The translations under genes and the position numbers were made by a program. 34,802 bases of DNA from Azolla caroliniana (Eukaryota > Plantae > Polypodiophyta), in NCBI GenBank assembly GCA_043228905.1, contig JBHGNT010000326.1, positions 1 to 34,802 on the forward strand. The letters are read 5' to 3'. Below the pieces are notes generated by a model. The model worked only from the letters and a program-made list of their open reading frames with translations. It was not told the origin of the DNA and did no database searches. Each line of letters opens with the position of its first letter. The first letter of the stretch is position 1. Of the stretch, positions 1-10,953 are shown one piece after another.

Positions 1-203
1 AACATAGAAACGTAAAAACAACGTGGAATTTCAGAGTTACCCCTCTCACCAGCCACACCTGTGTTAAGTGCGTGCCCATGGGCACTATTCATTTTTTTGA
101 AGTGACATGGCAAGTGGGGTAGATGCTGAGTCAGCTGGAGCTGCCACTTGATCGATCAACCCATTAGGATTCACATGCCAGCACATATATAACATATACA
201 TGC

Positions 204-277
204 TATATATATATATATGTATATATGTATATATGTATATATGTATATATGTATATTTATATATGTTGTATATATAT
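204..277. repeat. (TA)n / (TATATG)n microsatellite
   Basis: Directly visible TA run; a second pure (TA)n run lies at about 360-383. Confidence 0.95.
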
Positions 278-570
278 GTCAAATTCACGACGCGTACCAG
301 CACCACCATCTATTTACTTCATCTCCAAATTAGCAAGTCCCAGAGGATCTGGACAGAGTTATATATATATATATATATATATATTATCTGACCAAAGACA
401 AGCAGACAGTCTCTCTCATACATACAGAGACATAATTTATTTTGTTCAAAAAAGCATCGGAGGGAGGGAGGGAGTAACAATATTATGTATCGATTATTAT
501 TTATTTAGTTTTTAGTGGGCACATGTGGGCGGGGCTGCTGCTGCTGCTGCTGCATGAATGTTTGTTTGTC

Positions 571-640
571 TATACATACATACATACATACGAACGTGAA
601 CGTGAACGTGAACGTGAACGCGAAGGCGAAGGCGAAGGCG
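571..640. repeat. Compound microsatellite (TACA)n-(CGTGAA)n-(GGCGAA)n
   Basis: Directly visible tandem units upstream of the PQ-loop gene. Confidence 0.9.
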
Positions 641-846
641 AGGTGAGAGAGCGCGCTCTCTCTCTATCTTCATGTTCTTCACAAGAAGAAGATGGTGGGG
701 TGTTTTCTTGGAGAGACGACACGACGTAATAAGGGTGGTCGTCTAACGTCGTCGTGGGAGCAGCAATCGCTGTCGCAGCACCAGCATCTCTACAGGACAG
801 CGCTGCCGTCTCTCTGAGAAACTGGCCTTTATTCTACTCTAGTCTC

Positions 847-870
847 TAATAATAATAATAATAATAATAA
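847..870. repeat. (TAA)8 microsatellite
   Basis: Directly visible. Confidence 0.95.
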
Positions 871-1018
871 TCTCTTCTGAACCTCAGGATTCTCTTCTGC
901 GAATATATATATATACACATATCGCTCCCCCCCCCCCCCCGAACAGTGGGAATGCAAAAGAGCCAATAAATACACACACACTATATATAATTTTTGATAG
1001 TGATATATACAGCAGAAG

Positions 1019-4000
1019 ATGGTTATGAATACGTATATTAATGGTGAGGCCCCCGCTGTGTGCAGCCCATTAGGCGGGCAGTCATGCCTGGAGTGGGCAA
1101 GGAGATATCTGAGTGCATGTGTTTGCAGCCGGCGCCAGGAGGCGTCTTTTGCCCTGGGCCTCATGAGCGTCTTCTGCTGGGGTGTGGCAGAAGTCCCTCA
1201 GATCATCACCAATTTCCGTGAAGGCTCCACAGAGGGGGTCTCCCTCCTCTTCCTCATCACTTGGGTTGTGGGGTATGTTTACGCTTTTGCATTTTGGCTA
1301 CGTATATTTATTGTTCTGGTAAATCTCTCTTGTCCATCGTGGGCTCCTTGTGTAATGTTCTCCTCTGCATGCTTGCAGAGATGTTTTCAATCTTGCTGGT
1401 TGCTACTTGGAGCCATCTACGGTATATTGATTGAAAGCTGTTACTTTGACTTCTACATATCCTTTTGTCATTTATCTTTCATTTTAAAGCATTTTAAAGA
1501 CAGTGATTTCAGGGAATCTATGTTGAAATCCCCCTTTTTTTGTGGTTATATTGCAGCTACCCACACAATTCTACATGGCACTGGTAAATATATCATTCGT
1601 TTCTCCTCCTTCAGTTAATGGCAGTATAAAATATTTTCTGAATTTAAGTGGTCAAATGGGGTGTCATAGGATGTATAATATGGGCAGCTCTATTTTTCTC
1701 AAAAACTTTGTGAATGGGAAAGTCCAAGAAAATTGACCTATTTTTTTATTCTGCATGCCATTCTAGTTCTAGTTAGTCTTGTTTACTATGGCAGTTCGGA
1801 TGTCCTGATTATGTTTCTCGTACAAGCTTGAGCGAAGAGTGAAGCTTGAGATCGAATTCATAAGCATCAGATGATGAAAAACCAATAAAGAGATGATTGT
1901 GTGCACTCTAGTGGCCTCAGTAGAATCCTAATCATATTGGAAGTAGCACAAAAATTTCAGTATATTCGGATGCCAATATCTGAACTTTTAAAACTCTCAT
2001 TTCCTATTTCCTAAATCATATGTTGAGATCAGTGCACCAAATCTCAAATTTTGTAATGGTGACAGCTATATACCATCACCACATTGGTCTTAGTGGGCCA
2101 AGTAATGTACTATGATCACATTTCGAAGAAGGTTGGCCAGGTCAATCAGACAAAGGAGATCATGAGGTGGGAGAGAGACATGCAGAGGGATGGTGCAGTT
2201 GCTGGAAACGAGCCAATGGAATTTCAGGTTTTGAAAAAAATATTATCAGGCTTTTATGTTGCCATTTTGTTTACACTAGATGAATGTATTATCATAATAC
2301 TTTTACCCAGGCAAAAGAACCGTCCAAGCCTACGCAAATTATTGCTGATCTGGGAGCACCACTTCTTGCGACCCAAGTTAGCAGCCCAATTGCTTATGCT
2401 CGGAGTGGCTCACCACCTTTTGTTCCAGGAAGAGATGGACTCTACTACACGTAAAATTCATCCTCCATGTGAAACTGCCATTATAAATTGCCTGTGAATA
2501 TAAAGAGGTCATTTTAAACGTTTATATACAGAAGAGGTTATGATGATGTGCTGAGTAGTAGTACTAATAGTGTTGCACTCACACACCCACTCGTTCATGA
2601 ATGGGATATTGTTTTTCACACCGCTACATGTGAATGAGCATTTTGTCTTGACACATGCATGCATTGTGATAAAGTATACTCACTTCAGTGAGGTATGAAG
2701 TGTTTTTTTGTATCTCTATAATTTTCATGATAATGGAAGTAGTTGTTTAATTTGCATTCCATTGCACGCAGGTCTGCACGGTCTCTAGCAAGCAGTCGAA
2801 CACCAACGGCAGGGTCATATCTTGCTGTCTCTCGTGGTTCTGGGGGTCATGGTACTACAATTTACTCTCTTCTTAATGCAGGAAACAACTCACTTGATGA
2901 ACCAGGCTACAACTCCTCTCACATACCCATCAGTATTAGCACTTCAAGGTCTGCCCCTGGCCCGGCTACTGTTGGGTCGCCTGTTCTCAGAGGAGTGAGT
3001 ATCTAGTTATTTTATGTGATTGGCCTGGATCGAATTATTTTTCTTTTTCTTTTACCTTGGCAGGCATTGTGTCTTACAGTTAATTATGTGTTTTACTTTC
3101 CTGATGCAGATTTTTACTTTTGCAATGTGTATCAGCGGCCTTAATATTGGGAGAAGTTTTAGAAGTAACCTTTATAGTGGTGAGGTTTCCATTAGCCATG
3201 GGAACCCGAATATTTTTCTTGGACGAAAACTCTTCCAAGTAAGCCATCACTGTTAAATGTTAGCATGGCTTTTTTATTATAAATTGGATTAATATGTTTC
3301 TTAATTGGAATAGACTGTCGGCCTTTTTTGAGTATCAGACATTCAGTGAAATGAATGAGATGGGGGGCACCGCAGGTGTATGGTGTGGATGGTCGATGGC
3401 AGTCATATACATGGGAGGACGACTCCCTCAAATCTACCTCAATGTAAGATTTTTTGTTTCGAACACTTTTCACTGATGAGATTTGTGTTCGATTATGATT
3501 TTCTGACTTAAGATGCATGCGAATGATTTACTCCAGATAAAGCGAGGATCGGTTGAGGTAAGTAGTGCACTTGAATCCTAGTGTGCATATTTTATTTTTA
3601 ACTTTTTAAGACATTTAACGGTGTCCAGGGATTGAACCCATTGATGTTCACTTTTGCTGTACTTGGAAATGCGACATATGTTGGGAGGTAAATGTTCTTA
3701 TTGAGCACACACAGATACATTTACCATGTGAAATAGTATGAGACGGCACCCACATTTTCCTATTAACTCATATAATTTCCGTTCTTATCAGCATTCTGGT
3801 AAATTCAACTGAATGGATGAAGATCAAATCAAATATGCCATGGCTTGTGGATGCGGGCGTTTGTGTGCTACTAGATTTCTTTGTATCCTTTCAAAGCGGT
3901 AAGTTGTTTTTTGTGGTAAAATAAAATATAGCTATTTGTATTGACGAAACAAATGCTACTTGGGCTTTCAAAATGAGGGGCAGTTCTTTCCATAAGTCTT

Positions 4001-4112
4001 CTTAATCCTTAACCATGTTAAAAAGATCCTTTGTCAGTTTCTCTACTACTATTTGAGAAAACCGAGATACCACAAAGAAGCTGTGTCCGGGGACTACAAG
4101 TACCTGGAATGA
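1019..4112 (+). CDS. PQ-loop repeat membrane protein (probable vacuolar/lysosomal basic amino acid transporter, YPQ1/PQLC2-like), 446 aa, 12 exons: 1019-1272, 1379-1421, 1557-1583, 2066-2227, 2311-2450, 2772-2994, 3110-3238, 3339-3443, 3537-3557, 3629-3687, 3792-3882, 4026-4112
   Basis: Manual splicing on GT-AG sites gives 1341 nt with an open frame. Two PQ motifs: WGVAEVPQIITNF...GVSLLFLITWVVGDVFNLAGC and IYMGGRLPQIYLNIKRGSVEGLNPLMF. Also plant-family motifs LPTQFYMALLY, YYTSARSLASS, GRKLFQ and PWLVDAGVCVLLDFFILCQF. The exon 8 acceptor is the least certain. Confidence 0.92.
3883..4025 (+). other. U12-type (minor spliceosome) GT-AG intron
   Basis: 5' site GTATCCTTT; branch box TCCTTAAC at 4006-4013, 12 nt before the exon; no pyrimidine tract; removal restores the frame LDFF|ILCQF. 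Confidence 0.9.
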
Positions 4113-5317
4113 GGAAGCTTGTCCGTGAGTCTTATGTGAATGAGAGCATATAATCTGAAGCTCCTATGTATTACTCGAGAATTTTATTATAGAAACATTG
4201 GGATTTTGTGATCAGAAATTTAATTGGGGATACAGGCAGAGAAGCTTAATCAAGGAAAATAAATTTAGCAGCAAATCTGTTTTCTAGTCTTTTTACTCCA
4301 CCCTTTGATGTCAAAGGTAGCACTAGTTACAATTGTGGGACAAATCTCTCCTGCACTGAGTTATATTGCTTTATGTTTATGGATTTAAAATATCTTGAGT
4401 TCCGCCTATTCTGAGTACCCCTTTTCCTGATTCAATCTTATCTTCTTCCTGCTTATGCTGGTGAACTATCATCTGTCTGAGATCCGCTGTTTAGTTTCTA
4501 TTTTTTTAAAGAGAATATGAAAATTGTAAATTTAGGTTTGGTATTGGATGTTGGCTCTACACATATTATTAAGTACATCATGAGTGTTGCGTTGTCAGGG
4601 TGATCTATTGCTTTTTGTTTGTCCGCGCATGATAATAATGATGGACAGCATCAACTAGCTGGATCAGCACAGTGCAGCCTATCATGTCCATCCAAATTTT
4701 TTTCATGTTATAGGGCACCCAAATTTGTGCTTCTGAACGTACTCTTATCCACAAAGAAAAGAGCCTTGTGAGGTCGCTCTGCTCTCTGGAAAAAAGCCAT
4801 GTCGGTCAATATCATACACTTGACTGACTTACCATCCGTGTTTGTCTGACAGAACCTTTTAATCCAATATCATACTTGTTTTTGGTGAATTATATGACAA
4901 AGGCAGAATTGTAGACCTTTTCAGCTCCGCAGCTCCGCAGCTGTGCGCTTTGTCCTGTTTGCTCATTTTATACCCCCTTGCAAGAGAATCAATAGAATGT
5001 ACACAAGTTGGTACTTTTGGGTGGTTTATGACTTGACGTGGTGAAGTTGTAAAAGAAATTTCACATTAGTGCATTGACAATTTCCATGAAACACTAAATC
5101 TCCAACAATTTGTGGGTCATGTCATACATGATTTTAGTGCAACGAATTGTGAGTTTCACATGGAAGTGGTAAATTCTCGCAAGTAAAAGTGGGACGGTAT
5201 GGTAGAAGAAACTATGATGCTAAAAGGATATGTTTTGGTTCTAAGATAGTCCTAGAATTGAAAGTTAGCTCTATGCATAATTCCAAACATAATGAAAACA
5301 ACTAGCTTTTTTTCTAA

Positions 5318-5377
5318 AATATAGATTTAGGATTAACCCTAAACCCGAATATAGATTTAAGATTAACCCTAAACCTG
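5318..5377. repeat. 30-bp tandem duplication containing AACCCTAAAC (telomere-like motif)
   Basis: aatatagatttaggattaaccctaaacccg / aatatagatttaagattaaccctaaacctg. Confidence 0.8.
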
Positions 5378-5560
5378 AACCCTATCTCTTGTATGGTGTT
5401 AAACCTCTTTGTATAAAAAATAGAGTACTTTCTTTGTTTTCTCTTGGTTTATCAATACATGAGAGAGAGTAAAGCCAGATAGAAAGATAACACTCAATCG
5501 TTATTGCACCAAGATTAATTAAGATAGACAAATAGATATCGTTGATATGTTTAGCTGGTG

Positions 5561-5744
5561 TAAACACTTATGTATGTAAGACAAATTATGTTGTGCAAGA
5601 TTATTCAAAGAGAACAAGAAAGATACACAACAAACACTATGCACAATACACCACAAATTTTAACATGGAAAACCCTCAAAGAGGTAAAAACCACAGGACC
5701 TAGTCCAGAAAGAATCCACTATCAACGTAAATCTTATACACCAA
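5561..5744 (-). repeat. Partial 3' LTR of element C
   Basis: Near-identical to 23616-23798; joined directly to RNase H sequence, so the PPT side is deleted. Confidence 0.75.
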
Positions 5745-6064
5745 CACTTCATCTGTGTGAATTTTCTTGAGTTGTAGAAGTTGATCTTCAATTGCCGAGC
5801 GCAGCCAATGATACCGTACATCAATATGTTTTGTACAAGAATGGTACATCGAGTTCTTGCTCAAATCTATTGCACTTTGGCTGTCACAGAAGATCACATA
5901 AGTTAGTTGACTTAAACCCAAATCTGAAACAAACCTTTTCAACGCATCTCTTTGGCAGCTTCAGGGGTTGCAATATATTCAACTTTTGTTGTAGACAAAG
6001 CAACAAAATGGAGTGCACCACCTATTGAATTTACCTTTAAAGGACCACAAACATCTGAATGTAC
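5745..6064 (-). pseudogene. Element C pol remnant: integrase start fused to RNase H
   Basis: VHSDVCGPLKVNSIGGALHFV joined to ALSTTKVEY...CDSQSAIDLSKN..YHSCTKHIDVRYHWLR. Confidence 0.85.
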
Positions 6065-6510
6065 TGTAAAGAATCGATGGTGATTCTTGTGCAACGGAAT
6101 AGATATGTGTGTAAGAAAAATAGAGGAGAGAGGAGAACACAAGATAGATAAGCAAGAGAAATAAAATACTCAAGAAGAAGAAGATGTATATTTCACAAGT
6201 AGAATGGATATACAAATTTGTAGCATTACAAGGAGTCACAATCGACTTAATATGAAGTATGAGGAGGGTGTTTTATATCGAGTCACCCTCTCTCTTCATT
6301 AACTTACAACAACCACTCTCTCTCTTGGGGAATGTGAAAACTCATAGTCATGGGATATATGTAACTCATTAGTTATGTGTCATAGAATATGATTCTATGA
6401 CACATTGTTAATGTGTAGAGAGTAGTGGTGTGACTCTTGACCTTTGAGTAATTATGGATTCTCAAAAGGTGTGTTCACACGTTGCACTATGTTGAGCTTG
6501 ATTCTCAACA
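6065..6510 (-). repeat. 3' LTR of element B
   Basis: tgtaaagaat...gattctcaaca, direct repeat of 21636-22101, followed by caccccctcaa. Confidence 0.93.
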
Positions 6511-6523
6511 CACCCCCTCAACC

Positions 6524-8076
6524 TTAACTCGGGTCGATTCCTTTTGATTGATGTCCGCTTCGGCTGGTATCCGGTTCAGACGATCTCCGGTGTCCGCTTC
6601 GGCTCGTACCTGGTTCAAACGGTATCCGGTTCTCGCTTGTACTCCCCCTCAAGCTTGGCAAGTCAGGAATCGTCAATCCGAGGTCTGACATGAATTGCCG
6701 AAGCTTGTCGGCCCCTAAGGCTTTGGTAAAGATGTCGGCCGTCTGAAGATTCATGTTGATGTGTTGAAGGTCGACATCTCCGGCCTGTACGTGCTCTCGG
6801 ATGAAGTGATAATGCACTTCGATATGCTTTGTGCGTGCGTGGAACACCTGGTTCCGAGCCAGATATATACTGCTCATGTTGTCGTAGTAAATGGGAGTCG
6901 GATCCTTGATGGGGACGCCTAGATCCTTCAAAATCCTCTTGAGCCATACAACTTCACATGCAGCTACGATTGCGCCCCTGTATTCGGCCACCGTACTCGA
7001 AAGTGCGACGGTAGGCTGCTTCTGACTACTCCAAGATATTGCTCCGCTATCGAGCGAGAAGACAAATCCGGAGGTTGATTGTCGATCGGCTTTGTAGCCT
7101 TCCTAGTCCGCGTCTATGTACCCTTCGAGTCGTATTGGTGTGGCCGATGCCTAGTGAACACCGTAATCCATTGTGCCGCTCACGTATCGTAATACTCGCT
7201 TAACGCAATCGAAATGGATATCTCGCGGAGTTTGCATGAATTGGCTAAGGAGTCCAACTGGATAGCTAAGGTAAGGTCAAGTGATCGTGAGATAGATGAG
7301 GCTCAGTTGACGATATTGGGTCGGCTCACACTCTTCTATGCCGGAGTCAACATCCAATTTAAGGTTTCGATTGAGAGGGGTTGCCACAGATTTACATTGA
7401 GTAATCCCGAACTTGTATAACAAGTTGAGGATGTAGTGCCATTGGAAGATCATAATGCCAGCCGGAGTCCGAATTACCTCGATGCCTAGGAAGTAATGAA
7501 GCTCCTTCATGTCTGTCATCTTGAATTTGTTGGAGAGGAGGAACTTCACCTTATTGATGTCGACTAAATGCTCACCTCCAATAACCAGATCATCCACATA
7601 GAGGATGATGAAAATTAGGCTTCTAGAGTCGTGGCCTACATAGAGGGAGTTGTTGGATTTCGACATTCGAAATCTGATTTTATGAAGATATTGCGTAGTC
7701 TTCGAATGCCAAGCACGCGGTGCTTGCTTGAGGCCGTAGAGTGGCTTCTTGAGTCGTCCCACGACTTTCGGATGAATGGGCGATTTGAAGCCGGGAGGTT
7801 GTATCATGTACACCTCTTCTAATTCGCCTTGGAGGAAAGCGTTCTTGATGTCCATTTGGTGGAGGTGCCACCCTTTCGCCGCTGCGAGTGCAATTACGGT
7901 CCGTACCGTCGCCATCTTTGCCACGGGGGCAAATGTCTCTTCATAGTCGACTCCATGCGTCTGAGCGTATCCTTTCGCTACGAGTTGAGCTTTGTAATGG
8001 TTTACGGAGCCTCCGACATTATACTTCACCTTGTAGATCCATCTGCAGCCAATTGCCTTCTTGTGCAGTGAGTGGG
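6524..8076 (-). pseudogene. Element B reverse transcriptase and RNase H, disrupted
   Basis: [56 protein letters not shown]; stops and frameshifts present. Confidence 0.92.
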
Positions 8077-8373
8077 TGTTAGGAAATGGAGTCTGTGGTG
8101 ATTGCAATGCAGCGGAAGGTGAACTAGGTGTGTGTATGTGTAACAGTAGAGAGAGAGAGAGAGAGATAGAGAGCTCAAGAAACAGAGATAGACAAAAGTG
8201 TATATAATATTAATGAAACAAAATATATCCAACATTAACTAAGTTACAATGAGTTGGTTTATATACCAACTAAGCTAGGGCAAGTGCCCTTTCTACTATT
8301 TACAAAACTAGCCTGGAATGTCCATGAGCTAGTGTGAAACCTATCTATGGGAAGTTGAGTTCGATTCTCAACA
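8077..8373 (-). repeat. 3' LTR of element D
   Basis: tgttaggaaa...gattctcaaca followed by PPT complement cgcccctt. Confidence 0.93.
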
Positions 8374-8462
8374 CGCCCCTTCGAACACAACGTCCATCTG
8401 TCGGAAAGTTGTTCGGTTCGTACTTTGACTTGTCTAGTCGGTTGTGTTGCGTATTGCGTAGC

Positions 8463-10066
8463 CTATCCATGCCGTGTCTGCGTATTCCCCCTCAAGCTCG
8501 ACAATGTGGACGACGTGAGACCAAGATCGGATGCAAATTGCCCGAGCTTGTCGATGCCTAAGGCCTTTGTAAAGATATCAACGACTTGTAGGTGCGTGCT
8601 GATGTGTTGGAGGTCAATTTCTCCGGCCTGAACGCGCTCACGGATGAAGTGGTAGTGCACTTCGATGTGTTTAGTCCATGTGTGAAATACGAGGTTACTC
8701 GTGAGGTAGATACTGCTCATGTTGTCGCAGTACATGCATATTGGATCTTTGATGGGTACGCCCAGATCTTTTAGTATACGCTTAAGCCATACAGCTTCGC
8801 ATGCGACGACTGCTGCGCCCCTGTATTCAGCTTCCGTGCTCGACAATGCAACTGTCGGCTGTTTCTTGCTGCTCTAGGAGATCGCTCCGCTGTCGAGGGA
8901 GAAGACGAGTCCGGATGTGGATCGTCTATCTGCTGTGTATCCTGCCCAGTCCGCGTCTGTGTACCCTTCAAGTCGAATGGTCGTATTCGACTTATACAAG
9001 ATGCCATAATCCACTGTTGTGCTGACATACCGTAGTATCCTCTTAGTGCAATCGAGGTGAAGGTTTCTTGGGTTCTGCATGAATTGGCTAAGTAGGCCGA
9101 CCAAATAACTGAGGTCGGGTCGCGTAATGGTTAGGTAGATTAGACTGCTGATCAGTGGACGATACTGAGTCGACTCGCTCGCGGCCGTGCCAGAACTGGC
9201 ATCGATCTTGAGATTACGTTCAAGAGGGGTAGTCACGGGTTTGCACTTTGTCATTCCGAACTTGTAGAGTAAGTTGAGAATGTAGTGCCGTTGTGAGATC
9301 ATGATCCCGACTGGTGTCTGAATTACTTCAATACCTAGAAAGTAATGAAGTTCGTGTAGGTCCTTCATTTCGAATCTGCCAGAAAGAAGTGATTTAACTT
9401 TGTTAATCTCGGCAAGATCCTTTCCTCTGATAACTAAGTCATCCATGTATAGAATGATGACTATTGGGCTATCCGACTCATTTCGGATGTATAGAGATGT
9501 ATCGGATTTTGACATCCGAAAGCCGACTTGGTGAAGATATTGCGTGATCTTCGAGTGCCAAGCACACGGTGCTTGTTTGAGGCCGTAGAGTGGCTTCTTG
9601 AGTCGACATACGATGTGTGAATGATTACGCGATTCGAATCCGGGTGGTTGTGTCATATTCACCTCTTCTTCTAGCTCTCCTTGGAGGAAAGCGTTTTTCA
9701 CGTCCATATGATGGAGGTGCCACCCTTTTGTTGCTGCTAGCGCGATTATGGTTCGTACTGTTGTCATCTTTGCCACCGGGGCAAAGGTTTCTTCTCAGTC
9801 TACGCCGTGTGTTTGTGCGTAGCCTTTTGCAACGAGCCGTGCTTTGAAGCGATTTATGGAACCATCGACATTGTGCTTCACCTTGTAAATCCACCTGCAA
9901 CCAATTGGTTTCTTGTACGGGGGGTGAGGAACGAGATCCCATGTCTCGTTTTTGCATAACACTTCCATCTCCTCATTCATCGCGTTGACCCATCGTGGAT
10001 CCTTTGCGGCTTCGGAAAGCGTTTCCGGTTCCTGTACTGACGCTACCTTCATCATGAATGCATAAT
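8463..10066 (-). pseudogene. Element D RT and RNase H, disrupted
   Basis: [36 protein letters not shown]...RRSTSG, TKHIEVHYHFIRE; in-frame stops present. Confidence 0.92.
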
Positions 10067-10461
10067 TGTAGAAAGTAACGTGTGGAAGCAAGTATGAAGA
10101 CCGAACAGAAGGAAGGAAACTCAGGTTTAATGGAGAGCTTGAGCTTACACGGTATACGCGGGAGAGACAGAGAGAGTGAGAGAGAAGACACAAAAAACTA
10201 TATTCAATAATAATACTCAGTCTGTACATAAGACGTGCTCAGTGAACACTTTTATACAAGTCCTAGAAGGACTGACCAAAGTACTAACAGTACTTCAATG
10301 CTCATCAAGAGCTCCTACACTAACTCCCAAATATATTCCTCACGGAATATCTTTCCTAACGACCTCCCGGTTTACGCACTCGGCCTAACCGATTGGTCCC
10401 AACCGATCCAGTCCTCGGCTTCTTCAGCCGATCCGGCTGATGTTGAGCTTGTCTCTCAACA
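10067..10461 (-). repeat. 3' LTR of element E
   Basis: Direct repeat of 15354-15748. Confidence 0.96.
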
Positions 10462-10953
10462 CTCCCCCTCAAGCTCAACTTGAGGCTCTTCGGGATCCTC
10501 AGGCTCACAGCTTCGGTTCCTCCTGGCTTCACGCCTCGCTCGCGCTCCTCGACCTGTTCGACTCCGCGCGCTTCGACCCTTCCGGTCGGCTCGTCTGCTC
10601 ATGCGGCCCTTATAAGCTCTTCTGCTGTTGCGGTGTTGACGCTTCTCCTGCTGCCTTTTCTTCCGCTTGGGCCTCGGTTGATTCAGCGTATCTGAATCAA
10701 ACATCCGAACCGACTCGGCTACCTCCGATCGGTTTTCGCTCTCGTTCGAGTTGGCTGTCTCCAACTCGTCTTCGGTCTTCTTGCCTTCGATGGCGTCATC
10801 TTCTCCATGCGTGGTTGGCTTCAGCTCTCTCCTTTAGTTGCTACCCTTCTGTCTGCTTCCGAACTTTTCCGCGGGTCCGCCCTTGGCTTCTTCAGCTGAT
10901 CCGATGTCGAACTTGTCAACCGACTCGGTGTCGCGGTGTCCGCTCCTTTCCTG

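Noticed and set aside
85-729. Short ORFs rich in YI, ER or EG
   Set aside because: They are translations of microsatellites.
1273-1618. 199-aa ORF 1019-1618 as a single-exon protein
   Set aside because: PQ-loop similarity continues only after splicing at 1272/1379; the remainder is intron read-through.
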